From Octopus sinensis (taxonomy: Eukaryota), in the NCBI RefSeq assembly GCF_006345805.1, contig NC_043000.1, forward strand, positions 2,480,001 to 2,544,000: a DNA stretch of 64,000 bases, read 5' to 3'. A model generated the notes under the pieces. The model did no database searches, was not told where the DNA came from, and saw nothing but the letters and a program-made list of their open reading frames with translations. The position numbers were made by a program, and so were the translations under genes. This document shows positions 50,855 to 62,331 of the stretch, in pieces. Position 1 is the stretch's first letter. Every line of letters begins with the position of its first letter.

Positions 50855-51439
50855 TTGGTGTTGTTGTTGTTGCTGCTGCTGCTCTGGTTGTGGTTGATTT
50901 TGTTGTTGCTGCTGTTGTTGTTGATGTTGATGTATTTAATAGAGGAAAACTGTAAGTCTGTCATGTATATATATTTGTATGATAATTTGGGCAAGTGTCC
51001 CTAGGCTGACCAATGCCTTGTGAGTGAATTTAGTAGATAGAAACTGTGTGGAAGCCTATCATGTATATATATATATATATATATTTGTATGCCATTGGGC
51101 AAGTGTCTTCTACTATAGCCCCAAGCTGACTAATGCCTTGTGAGTGAATTTGCTAGATGGAAACTGTGTCAAAGCCTATCATGTGTCTGTCCCACCACCG
51201 CTTGACAGCAAGTGTTGGCTTCTATACATCCATGAAACTTAGCAGTTTGGCAAAAGAGACTGATAGAATAAGTACTAGACTTTAAAATAAGTACTGGGCT
51301 TACAAAGAATAAGTCCTGGGGTCGATTTGCTCGACTAAAGGCGGTGCTCCAGCATGGCCACAGTCAATAGACTGAAACAAGTAAAAGAGTACCCCACAGC
51401 AGAAGTGTTAAGATCAATCATTCTGGTTGCGTAAAACCC

Positions 51440-51685
51440 CCATGGCAGTCATATATAAAAGCGTCCATGTGGCATCACATAAAAGCACCTGTGGAACATC
51501 ATGTAAAAGTGTCCATGCAGCTTCACATAAAAGTATCCATGTGGTGTCACGTAAAAGTGCCCATGTGACATCATGTAAAAGCATCCATGTGGTGTCATGT
51601 AAAAACATCTGTGCAGCACCATGTAATGGTGCCCATGCAGTGCCATGTGAAAGCACCCATGTAGTATCGCATAGAAGCATCAGCA
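51440..51685 (+). repeat. 24-bp diverged tandem array (about 10 units) upstream of an RTE 3' end
   Basis: Unit about CATGTGGTGTCACGTAAAAGTGCC. Confidence 0.8.
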
Positions 51686-51829
51686 CATTTTGTAAAGTGG
51701 TTGGCATTAGGAGGGGTATAGAAACCATGCCAAATCAGACTAGAGTCTGGTGTAGACAACCCATCCCTACCCAGCTTGCCAGCTCTGGTCACACCATCCA
51801 ACCTATGTTGGCATGGACAATGAACATTA

Positions 51830-52252
51830 ATATATTGAAACTCCGACGTCGGGCAGCTGACTTGGCAGACACCCATAAAATTTTTAACCATCTTACCAAC
51901 AATAACTCTGAGCACCTTTTCAAACTCCACCTGTCTAACACCCATGGACATGTTTACAAAGTCAGAAAACAGCACAGCTCCCAAGACTTTTGGAAACATT
52001 TTTTCATGCTAAGAGTTGCTGAAGCATGGAACAAACTGTCGGCATCAGTTGTTAGTTGTCGGAGCACTGCATCCTTCAAAACTTCCATGCTTCCTGAGAT
52101 TCACCAACACTACACTTGATTTTCTCCCCTCCACACACATGCAAGCATGTATCTGACTCCTACACTGTTCACTTCTCAGACATTTGTACATTACTGCATA
52201 TGCTTTATATGCACTTTTGACAAGCTGTGGTGCACCTGAGCACAGTATACAA

Positions 52253-52272
<20 letters not shown>
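51830..52272 (+). mobile_element. CR1 3' fragment with (ATT)n tail
   Basis: LKLRRRAADLADTHKIFNHL...WNKLSASVV. Confidence 0.85.
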
Positions 52273-52283
<11 letters not shown>

Positions 52284-52905
52284 GGTTGGTTGGCATCCTT
52301 TCTGTCTCGAGAGACAATGGAGTTGCGCATTAAGTAGTCTAGTCCGGCTTTTATATTTCATGTCCTGATACATTTCCTGCTGTGGCTGTGTAGTCCTATC
52401 CTGGACAAACACTCCCTCTGGCAGGTACCGCAAATGTAGCGAAGACTGTTCCTGGCTGGTTGTAGTGCCATAGTCTCTTGTTTACGTCTCTTCCTTTCTT
52501 TCCATTTCTCCTTTCTCTCTCTGTCACTCCTTTGTATTCCCTCTTTTACAGTACGTCGCCATTCTCCACGGTTGCCGGCAACTGCCTCCCAACCGCTAAT
52601 ATTGATGTTGCAGGCCTTCATATCCCTTTTGCAAACATCCTTGTAACGTAAGATCGGTCTACCCACAGACCTAGTACCCCTAGCAAGCTCTCCGTAGAGT
52701 ATGTCCTTGGGGATTCTGCCATCTTTCATACGGCTAACACGCCCAAGCCATCTCATACGTCTTTGTGTGAGGAGTGCAAACATGCTTGGTATTCCTGCTT
52801 GCCTGAGGACATTTTTGTTGGGGATATGATTCTGCCATTTGATGCGGAGGATTTTTCGGAGGCAGCGCAGGTGAAAGATGTTTAGGCGACACTCTTGGCG
52901 TGTGT
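52273..52905 (-). mobile_element. RTE (BovB-like) 5'-truncated LINE; ORF2 C-terminus open
   Basis: FHLRCLRKILRIKW...RRMRWLGRVSRMKDGRIPKDILYGEL...GRP...C..C...RIGLHSHSRKC. Confidence 0.9.
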
Positions 52906-53621
52906 TTTATTATTATTATTATTTTAAATGATGATGATGATGACTTGTACCTCAGTTGGTTTTCATGTTATCGACCTCAGGATTTTGCTAGCCTTAGGTC
53001 TTCTTGCATCACGTGGTATTCCTTTTCTGGCTGCTCTGTCCAGATTGACAAAGATTTATTTGGCTGTTTTGCTCTTTAGAACATGCTGCTTGTATGACTC
53101 TGTGTATGTTTATATGTGCATTTGTTTACTCATTCTCTTAATATCTGTTTGTCTAAGCTTGTCTGGGCTGGATGAGGATTAATTTTGAGGCAGCATTTTA
53201 TGTACGTGTGAGTGTGTGTGCATTGTAATTTCTTAAACTATAAAGCATTGATGCAATATGTGTGTGCATGTGTGTGTGTTAGTTTGTAAAGCGCTTGATA
53301 AATTGCACAACAACAGACCAGTTAGTTACAGCTCCATAAGTCCCATTAGACTCTAAAACAGATATCTTATTATGCTTTTGCTGATGTGACAGGAAAAATT
53401 ACATAAAATTCACTTAATGTAATCACCACGTAATTGTCACTGAAACAAGTGAAAAGATATTAAGTCAATCAGTTAACATTATATTCTCCTGTCTTGTACT
53501 ATACATACATACATGTTTCTATACACACACACATATAATACAGTAGACTGTATCTTGGCGAAATACAAACATGATATGGTGCAGTGTGGGGGTGTGGGGA
53601 TGTATGAATACACACACACAT

Positions 53622-54002
53622 ATATGCATGGTTGTGTAGTAAGAAGCTTGTTTACCAACCACATGGTTCCAGGTTCAGTCCCACTGCGTGGCACCTTGGG
53701 CAAGTGTCTTCTATAACCTTGGATCAACTAAAGCCTTGTGAGTGGATTTGGTAGATGGAAACTGAAAGAAGCCTGTCGTATATATATATATATATATATA
53801 TTTGTGTGTCTGTGTTTGTTCTTCCACCATTGCTTGAAAACCAATGTTGGTATGTTTACATCCCCATAACTTAGCAGTTCGACAAAGGAGAATGATAGAA
53901 TAAGTACTAGGCTTACAAAGAATAAGTCCTGGGGTCAATTTCATTGGCTAAAAGGTGGTGCTCTAGCATGGCCACAGTCAAATGACTGAAACAAATAAAA
54001 GA
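53622..54002 (+). mobile_element. SINE family A copy
   Basis: Head, core and tail present. Confidence 0.8.
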
Positions 54003-55309
54003 ATAGATACACACACACACACATATATCATCTTTTATCTTTTATTTGTTGTAGTCATTGGACTGCGGCCATGCTGGGGCACCACCTTAAAGGGCTTAGG
54101 TGGATTTGGTGGTAGTAATGGTATTCTGCAGAATACCATTACTACCACCAAATCCACCTTCCTCATCATCATTTCCACTGTGGCCCCCAGCTTTAATCCT
54201 ACTTCCACCAAAAAATAACAAGGGCTGCTGAGGTAATGCACTATGTCTAGGGTTCCACAATATGTTGTATATCAGTGTTGTCTAAAACCAGTTCATCATC
54301 ATCATCATCATTTAATGTCCGTTTTCCGTGCTAGCATAGGTTGGACAGTTTGACCGGGGTCTGGGAAGCCAAGAGGGTGCATCAGGCTCCAGTCTGATCT
54401 GGCAGAGTTTCTACAGCTAGATGCCCTTCCTAACGCCAACCACTCCGAGAGTGTAGTGGGTGTTTTTACATGCCACCGGCGCTGGTGCCAGGAGAGACTG
54501 GCAGCGGCCACGATCGGTTGGTGTCTTTTATGTGCCACCGGCACAGAAGCCAGTCAAGGCGGCGCTGGCATCGGCCATGTTCGGATGGTGCTTTTACGTG
54601 CCACCGGCACAGGTGTCACACCTACAATTTCCATTTGATATTTATTTTGATGTTGTATCTGGGGAGCAGATACTACAACAACAGCAACAGCAGCCTTATC
54701 AACAACAACAGCAGCAGCAGCATCACCATCATCACTTTGAACAATAGTAACAAGAACAACATTAGAAAAAGAAAACGACCACAACACTATCGACATCAGA
54801 ACAATGGCAACAACAACAACAACAGTAACAACAATATTATCAACAACAACAACAGCAATATCAGTAACATCACGAACAATAACAACAACAATAACAACAC
54901 CACCATCAGCATCAACAAAGCTACAAGAAAAAGTGTCTGGGAACAAAAGAGAACACAATGTAATAATAAGAAATCATTAATTTTTAGAATCAGAACCTAA
55001 TGAAACTATTTCTGTCTGTTTAAAGAATTCTTTCTTCTTCTGGAATCGGAGAGTCTTGGTCAGTGGTGGAAGGTGACGACGGCAGGTTGGTCGTAATAAA
55101 AGATTGTGTGCAAGTAACAGTGTGAAAGTATTGTTCAAGACGCTGCTGTTGTTCTTCTGCCATCCCTCTACCATTCTGCTACCATTAAAAGACTTGCAAC
55201 TGTTCAAAATATTGCTGCTGCCATTCCGCTGATATTTCACTTAGCGTTCTGATGCCATTTCTCTACCACTCGTTTTTCTGCCATTAAAAGTCTGTGATAG
55301 TGATATTGA

Positions 55310-55520
55310 TAGTATGGTATCATCATCATCATCATCATCATTATCGTTGTCATCATCGTCATCATCATTATCATCATCATCATCATCGTCGTCATCATCA
55401 TAGTCGTTGTCATCATCATAATCGTTGTCATCGTCATCATTATCATCATCATCATCATCATCATTGTCATCGTCATCATAGTCGTTGTCATCGTCATTAT
55501 CATTTTCATCATCATCATCA
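55310..55520. repeat. (CAT)n/(CGT)n array at an RTE tail
   Basis: Direct inspection. Confidence 0.9.
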
Positions 55521-56299
55521 TTGTTTAACGTCCGCTTTCCATGCTAGCATGGGTTGGACGATTTTGACTGAGGGCTGGCGAACCAGATGGCTGCACCAGG
55601 CTCCAATCTTGATCTGGCAGAGTTTCTACAGCTGGATGCCCTTCCTAATGCCAACCATTCTGAGAGTGTAGTGGGTGCTTTTTACGTGCCACCGGCATGG
55701 AGGCCAGTCAGGCGGTACTGGCAACGACCTCATCATTATCATTTAACATTCCTGTTCCATACTAGTATGTGTTGGATTGTTTGACAGGATCTGATAGCTC
55801 GAAGGACTGCATTGTGTTCTGCTGTCTTCTTTAGCATGAATTCTACAGCCAGATGCCCTTCCTTGCACCAACCACTTTACATCATTTACTGGGTGTTTTT
55901 TTCATGCCTCCACTACTAGTGAGGTCCTCATGTAGCTTGCAAGAATATTGACACCAAGAACCATGGCTTTATACTAGATGAAGGGTAAAAGGATGAGAGG
56001 AGGGGCCTGAACAGGCTTGGCCAACTTGAATTACATTGCAGGCCACTTTAATCACAGAAAGGTTTTTGAGGGTCACTTGTATACTGAGAGAATTAAAAGC
56101 ATTTTGCTTTCTCATGCTATTACTACAATAATGAATGAATGATCAATGATTCAACATGAAATATTATCATTGCAAAAAACAGTAGTGTCCTTCTTTTTTA
56201 CTTTTTATTACAATCTTTAATTTTTGATAGAATTTTTTAAATGTTTGTTTAAATAAACCCATTTGAAGAAACTATCAAGCGGGCCACAAGATAAAAGTC

Positions 56300-56678
56300 T
56301 GCAGGAGTGGCTGTGTGGTAAGTAGCATGCGTGGCATCTTGGGCAAGTGTCTTCTGCTATAGCCCCGGGCCGACCAATGCCTTGTGAGTGGATTTGGTAG
56401 ACGGAAACTGAAAGAAGCCTGTCGTATATATGTTTATATATATATATATATATGTATGTGTGTATGTGTTTGTGTGTCTGTGTTTGTCCCCCTAGCATTG
56501 CCTGACAACCGATGCTGGTGTGTTTACGTCCCCGTCACTTAGCGGTTCGGCAAAAGAGACTGATAGAATAAGTACTGGGCTTACAAAGAATAAGTCCCGG
56601 GGTTGATTTGCTCAACTAAAGGCGGTGCTCCAGCATGGCCACAGTCAAATGACTGAAACAAGTAAAAGAGTAAAAGAG
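56300..56678 (+). mobile_element. SINE family A copy with an internal deletion in the tRNA-like head
   Basis: GTAAGTAGC joined directly to ATGCGTGGC; the B-box region is missing. Confidence 0.85.
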
Positions 56679-56989
56679 GCCACATATAATGCTCTCATAT
56701 ATGCTCTCATATAAGCTCAAAGTCTTGCTTGGAGTGATTTCTGATAAAAAAAAAAAAACTTCTGTATTCATGTACATTTATGTTTATCTGAGCTGAGTGG
56801 GGTAGACATTGTTTTTAAGATACTATTGTAATATTCGGAGATGCTGTTAAGTTTGGGTGTTTAGAAGAGGTTTTTTTCATGTGGTGAATGGTCCGCGTGA
56901 ATTGAAACTTGCTACAATAACAAACTGTATCCATTGCATCTCTTGGTGGCCTTGCATTTTAATATTTTGTTTTGGCTTGTGTTCTTGTA

Positions 56990-57554
56990 TTGGGTTGTCT
57001 GGAAAGTTCGTGCCGATTTTTAAAGGAAAGAAAAAGGTCAATAAATACTTGCCATTACAGTTTTAATCAACCAAATATGAACCATTTTGTTGCACAATGT
57101 GTCTCCATTTTCCTTTAACTTGAAAATACCCTCTTCCCAGAATTGAGGTGGTTTCATGGGATAGAATTCATCAAGGTATCTTTTTACATCATCCAAGGAA
57201 TTGAAATTTTTACCATTAAAACTATTCTGCAGAGACCTGAATAAGTGGAAATCCAAAGGAGCAATATTTGGTGAATATGGAGGGTGGGGTAACACATCCC
57301 AGCCAAGCTGCAGCAATTTTTGTTTGGTTCCCAAAGCATCAAGTGCCGAAAATGAACTTTCTTATCTTCCATTTTAAAGGGTTACAGAATTAACACAGGT
57401 TATAGGAACATAAACATTCTTCCATGAAAAGATAGCTTAAACTATGCTCTAAATGGAGGTGTAGTCAAATCCTATTTTATGGACTCAACCATGTTCTAAA
57501 ATAAGTTGAAATGTAAGCTACTATAAATCGGCACAAACTTTCTGGACGACCCAA
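56990..57554 (-). mobile_element. Internally deleted mariner with both TIRs and TA target duplication
   Basis: TA|TTGGGTTGTCTGGAAAGTTCGTGCCGATTT...AAATCGGCACAAACTTTCTGGACGACCCAA|TA; LPHPPYSPNIAPLDFHLF. Confidence 0.9.
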
Positions 57555-58589
57555 TAGCTTTACTTTAACCCTTCCTAACATCACCCACTTTATAAAGCAT
57601 TGGATATGTGTTTCTTTTTATACATTATTGTAGTTGTTTATTAGGGGAGAAATTGAGGGCCCAGATAGGGGTGAGTGTTGTTTGTACTCCATTGCATCTC
57701 TAGGTGGCCTTGCATTTCAATATTTTGCTTTGGTTTGTGTTCTTGTATTGTGTGGTTTTTAAACATTATTGTAGTTTATTAGAGGAGAAATTGCAGGCCC
57801 AGATAGGGTTGAATGTTGTTGTATTCCATTGTTGCTTGTTTCTATTGGCCAAATATTACTTTATGGGAGTCCAACAGAAAGAAGGGGATCTAAATCAAAG
57901 TCTGGGTGGAATCTGGTTCTTTTCCATTTTGTGTTGCAGTCTTCATTGAGTAGATTTTATAGCTGATTTCAAGATTTTTTTTTTACGAGATCATTATTTG
58001 ATGTTGCAGTGTGGTATGTTATTAGAGATTTTTATTGCGACACAGTAAGAAGTGTGACTATTCTTATTGATGATGATGATGATGATGATGATGATAGTGA
58101 TAGTGATGGTGATGATGATGATGATGATGATTGTATATTATAATGTTTCACTGTTACTTTTGTGATTTATATTGGATTTCTTTAATGATTTCATCTCAAA
58201 CATAGCTTGAGGCAAAAGGGATAATAATGGAAAAGAAGGAACCTACAAATTCAAAAGATGTCGATTGACAAAAAGTTTAGAGGACTGAATATTACAGACA
58301 AGAAGAAAACAAGACAATGATAGGGAGTTTCAGAGAGCGGCGGTTTGAGGAAAGAAGCGATTAAAATAAAAGGACAGAATGCTAGATGCAAATATTTATG
58401 AGTTTTCTGTTTACCTTGGTTTATTTATTTTATTATTATTGTCCCCCTTATCCTTCGCCCTTGTGGCAAATAAATGAAATCATTGTCATCATCATCATCA
58501 TCTTCATTATTATTATTATTTTTATTATTATCATTATTATTATTATTATTATTTTATATACACACACACATCAGAATTAAGAACCCTCC

Positions 58590-58770
58590 TAAGTATCCCT
58601 AATAACAGTTTTCTGGAGCTGTACTAAACTGGATGTTATGCCTATTTCCTCTATCCTTCTGTTCAAATCTTTAGGGATTGTCCCTAATGCACCAATAACT
58701 ACTGGGATACATTTTACCTGTACTTTCCATAGTCTCTGTAATTCAATGGTTAGGTCCTGGTACCTTGCTT
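58590..58770 (-). pseudogene. R4/Dong-clade restriction-like endonuclease C-terminal fragment
   Basis: KARYQDLTIELQRLWKVQVKCIPVVIGALGTIPK. Confidence 0.75.
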
Positions 58771-58819
58771 TTTTTTTCTATACCTCTCATATTGATTTTT
58801 TGATGATATTATTATTATT

Positions 58820-59373
58820 GAGTGAGAGAGCAGTGCATGCCATCAAAGTGACACTGGGGTAAAATATACGAAGCCCAATATACCCATCATGACTACCCGT
58901 CTGATAAGGGTACACCAGGCACATGCATCACAACCATATGTGCGCGACATGGTGATCTCATATCAAGATAAACAGCACATGACCTTGCAGGTGGGGCCCA
59001 GTTAGAATTTTCTTCAGGTTGAGTAGCCCATCCCGCTCAAAAGGTCCCTGAATAAGGGTTGTTTAAGGATGTTGAAAGAACCACCCATGTTTCCAGAGGT
59101 GAATTATTCAAACCCCAAAGAATCCCTCTCAACACATGGCTATGATGCTCCCCCACTACTTCTGCTCGTGATCAGAGATGCACATATCGTCAGCCACTAA
59201 GGGACATGCTCAACTGGTTAAGGTCAAACAACTGACAAGCAAATCTGTGGTATTGAGCAGAATATTTGCTGTAGCCCATCTTTTATACCAAGACAAAACA
59301 ATGTACATGATAACACTTCCAATCAGTTAAGATCAGAAGCCATGAGAGCCACTGCCTGGTACTGCATCAGGGC
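58820..59373. mobile_element. Unclassified 554-bp ORF-less element embedded in (ATT)n
   Basis: Higher-complexity segment flanked on both sides by (ATT)n; dispersed-repeat status is recollection only. Confidence 0.4.
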
Positions 59374-59389
59374 ATTATTATTATTATTC

Positions 59390-60014
59390 AGTAGTTTTAT
59401 TTTTATAGCGTGCTTTCACTTCACTACCGAGCGCAGCTCTGTGTGCCTTGGGTATGTGCTGTGGTTTGATGTGATGTTCTTATTGTTACTGTATTGAAAG
59501 TGTTTTGCGTAGGATGTGTACAGTGCCCAGTAGTGCAATTTTCTGTATGTCATATGTGTTTGTAAGTCCTGGTGTTTTTGTTATGTATTTGTCTGAATAT
59601 TTTTTTATCATGCCTAATGCACCTACTATGATAGGAATTGTTTCTGTTTTTAGATTCCACATTCGAGTTACCTCTGTTTCCAGGTCTTTGTATTTTGAAA
59701 GTTTCTCCATTTCTTTGAGAGACACGTTGTCATCTGCTGGTATTGATACATCAATTAGAAAGCATTTTTTTTTCTTCATGATCTCTGACAACTATATCTG
59801 GCCTGTTATCCTTAATTTCTCTATCTGTGTGTATTGGCATATACAAGAGTATAGTTGCTTTCTCATTTTCTGTGACCTTTTCTGGTGTGTACCTATACCA
59901 TCTTTTTTCTGTTGTTATTCCATAATGTTGGCATAGCTTCCAGTGTATGTAGGTCCCAACTCTGTCGTGTCCGTAAATATATTCCTTCTTAGCCAGGACT
60001 GGGCAGCCAGAGAT
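59390..60014 (-). mobile_element. R4/Dong-clade non-LTR retrotransposon, 5'-truncated, in (TAA)n
   Basis: SGCPVLAKKEY..HDRVGTYIHWKLC...NRPDIVV...(frameshift) LIDVSIPADDNV..KEMEKLSKYKDL...IPIIVGALG; flanked by TAA repeats. Confidence 0.85.
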
Positions 60015-60089
60015 ATTATTATTATTATCATTATTATTATTATCGTCATCATCATTATTATTTCATTGTTATTTCTTTATTTGGCTGTT

Positions 60090-60700
60090 TTGTCCTGTTT
60101 TTTTTTCTTTATTGTTTATTTCTTCTTTCCAGTTATAAGTGGTGTTAACACATTGTATGTGAGGATGTTTCTGGTTTTATGAAGATGGTTATTTTTGATA
60201 TCTAATTAAAGTTGTATTTTCTTATGTTGCCTTGTAGGATGTGTCTTCAGGACGCATCTACAAATATTTTATTGAATGTATGTACTGCAGTATCTATGTT
60301 GGTGAATTTTTTATGTTGTTGAATGTATGTATTTCAGTACCTATATTGATGATTGTGGTATTGTTGAATATATTGTAGTGTAGTGTCTATGTTGATGATT
60401 GTGATGTTGTTGAATACATATACCGCAATGTCTATGTAGGTGACTGTGGTATTGATAAATTCCTATGACTTTAATTTTTTTTTATATAGTGTTTACTTCA
60501 TTATGTTATTTCTTTATTTTTTTTATTTATATATTTCTTTAAAGGTCGTAAATGTGTTTTTTTCTTTCTTCATTGATGTGCGAGGATGTTTTGTTGCTAA
60601 TTTTGGTAAGTGATCTGAAGAAAAGTTTGGGAATTACATACATTATCTATTTGTGATGTCTATATGTGGCTAGCAGGACATAATGTCTGGTTCTGACTTG
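60090..60700 (-). pseudogene. Degraded APE-type LINE ORF2 fragment with an internal about 43-bp tandem amplification
   Basis: SEPDI...SSDHLP endonuclease end, then NIDTAVHTFNKIFVDAS.RHI linker; many stops. Confidence 0.4.
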
Positions 60701-60758
60701 TGATTGGTTTGGAGAAGAATGTGTGTGTGTGTGTGTGTTTGGATATATTATTTTGTGT

Positions 60759-61141
60759 GGAGGTGCAATGGCCCAGTGGTTAGGGCAGCGGACTCGCGGT
60801 CGTAGGATCGCGGTTTCGATTCCCAGACTGTGCATTGTGAGTGTTTATTGAGCGAAAACACCTAAAAGTTCCACGAGGCTCCAGCAGGGGATGGTGGTGA
60901 TCCCTGCTGTACTCTTTCACCACAACTTTCTCTCACTCTTACTTCCTGTTTCTGTTGTACCTGTATTTCAAAGGGCCGGCCTTGTCACTCTCTGTGTCAC
61001 GCTGAATATCCCCGAGAACTACGTTAAGGGTACACGTGTCTGTGGAGTGCTCAGCCACTTACACGTTAATTTCACGAGCAGGCTGTTCCGTTGGTCGGAT
61101 CAACCGGAACCCTCGTCGTCGTAACCAACGGAGTGCTTCCA
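60759..61141 (+). mobile_element. tRNA-derived SINE family B
   Basis: Homologous to 20891-21273. Confidence 0.85.
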
Positions 61142-61949
61142 CTCCATATTATTTTGTATGTAAATGGCGTTGAGCTGTGATGCTATTGTATTACCTTTTT
61201 GTTACTGGCATCATTAAAAGACTAGGCATTGGGTGTAATGAAATTACCTTCAACTATTGCATTTGTGGGAATGTTAAAGTTTGTAGTTGAGATGCGTAAC
61301 CTATCTTGTGGGTCATATATATCATCATCATCTTCATCACCATCATTGTAATGTCCACGTTTTCAAGCTTGTGTGGGTCAGATGGAATTTATTGAAGCAG
61401 ATTTTTATGACTGAATGTCCTCCATGTGACACGTGGTTGACTAGCATATGCCACATACCACATGGTCATGGTGGATGAGAAAGTATCTCAGGGAGATGAG
61501 GATTGACAGGGCCTCTGCTTTTCAAGTTGCCCAAGAGAACCTAGGAATATACCAACAAATGGTGAATGCAGCAACAGTACGTGACCTGATGTCCTCCCTG
61601 TTGCCAATTCTCACTTGTTTCCAAACAATGTTCATATTTCCTGATGGCTGGACATATTTTTCAAGGGAGACTGAAAATGTATAATATTGCTTGTCTGAAG
61701 GTAACACTCGTTTATGGTACAACTACTGCACAATATCAAGACAAGGAGAGACAACTGCACAATATCAAGACAAGGAGAGACAAACATCTGTACACACACA
61801 CACACACATATGCGTGTGTATATATATGTGTATATATATGTGTGTGTATATATATATATTACAAATTTACTTTGCATTAGTAAAGTGTAAAATAGTAAAT
61901 ATCTTGATAACCTGGAATAATTATTATTCCCTAAGGTTTTAAAAAAATA

Positions 61950-61988
<39 letters not shown>

Positions 61989-62005
61989 CATTTTTTCGAT
62001 GGCCA

Positions 62006-62066
62006 GATAACTGAAGAGATAGCAGCGTGGGTTTCTGCCCCAACATCCGAAACTCGGAGTTTTATC
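62006..62066 (+). ncRNA. Type I hammerhead ribozyme motif
   Basis: GAUAA / CUGAAGA / bulged stem II / GAAA / CUCGGAG / UU / UUAUC; near-palindrome ACUCgGAGU. Confidence 0.7.
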
Positions 62067-62285
62067 ATGACTACCAAATAATTGTCACATATTATATTTA
62101 CAGATATATATATATGTCTTGTACTGTTTTTTGTTGTTTGAAAAAAATTTTGTTTCCATGTTTTTGTTTCTCATTGTGTTCAACGTTTTTTTTTATGTCC
62201 TGTACCCATATATGCATGTATATATACATGTAGATGTAGGTATGTACATATATGTATGTATATATGCATATATTTGTATATTATT

Positions 62286-62331
<46 letters not shown>

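Larger units (their letters stand above)
49033..50860 (-). mobile_element. CR1 LINE with internal deletion of the RT domain
   Basis: ORF1, APE endonuclease, then a jump at about 49428 to the ORF2 C-terminus (LPYSERLVSLGMDSLK), 3' UTR and (ATT)n tail. Confidence 0.9.

Noticed and set aside
51427-52119. 230-aa ORF with 8-aa periodicity fused to a CR1 C-terminus
   Set aside because: Chance open frame across a 24-bp array, an RTE 3' UTR and a CR1 fragment; no ATG at the listed start and no coherent domain.
54455-54620. Repeat-spacer pattern with hairpin repeats resembling a CRISPR array (also 51440-51685)
   Set aside because: The spacers resemble one another, so these are diverged tandem units; they lie in an RTE 3' UTR of a eukaryotic genome with no cas genes.
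54977-55240. Protein-like short ORFs on the minus strand (also 19440-19610 on +, 1990-2150 on -, 13990-14090 on -)
   Set aside because: No recognisable domain, weak or absent splice signals, lengths within chance expectation.
59300-59373. Possible HDV-like ribozyme at the end of the 554-bp element
   Set aside because: Could not build the nested P1/P1.1/P2/P3 pseudoknot by eye.
60759-60830. tRNA-like heads (also 21200-21273, 40088-40160, 28330-28400)
   Set aside because: A/B boxes present but no complete cloverleaf; they continue into SINE bodies, so they are not tRNA genes.
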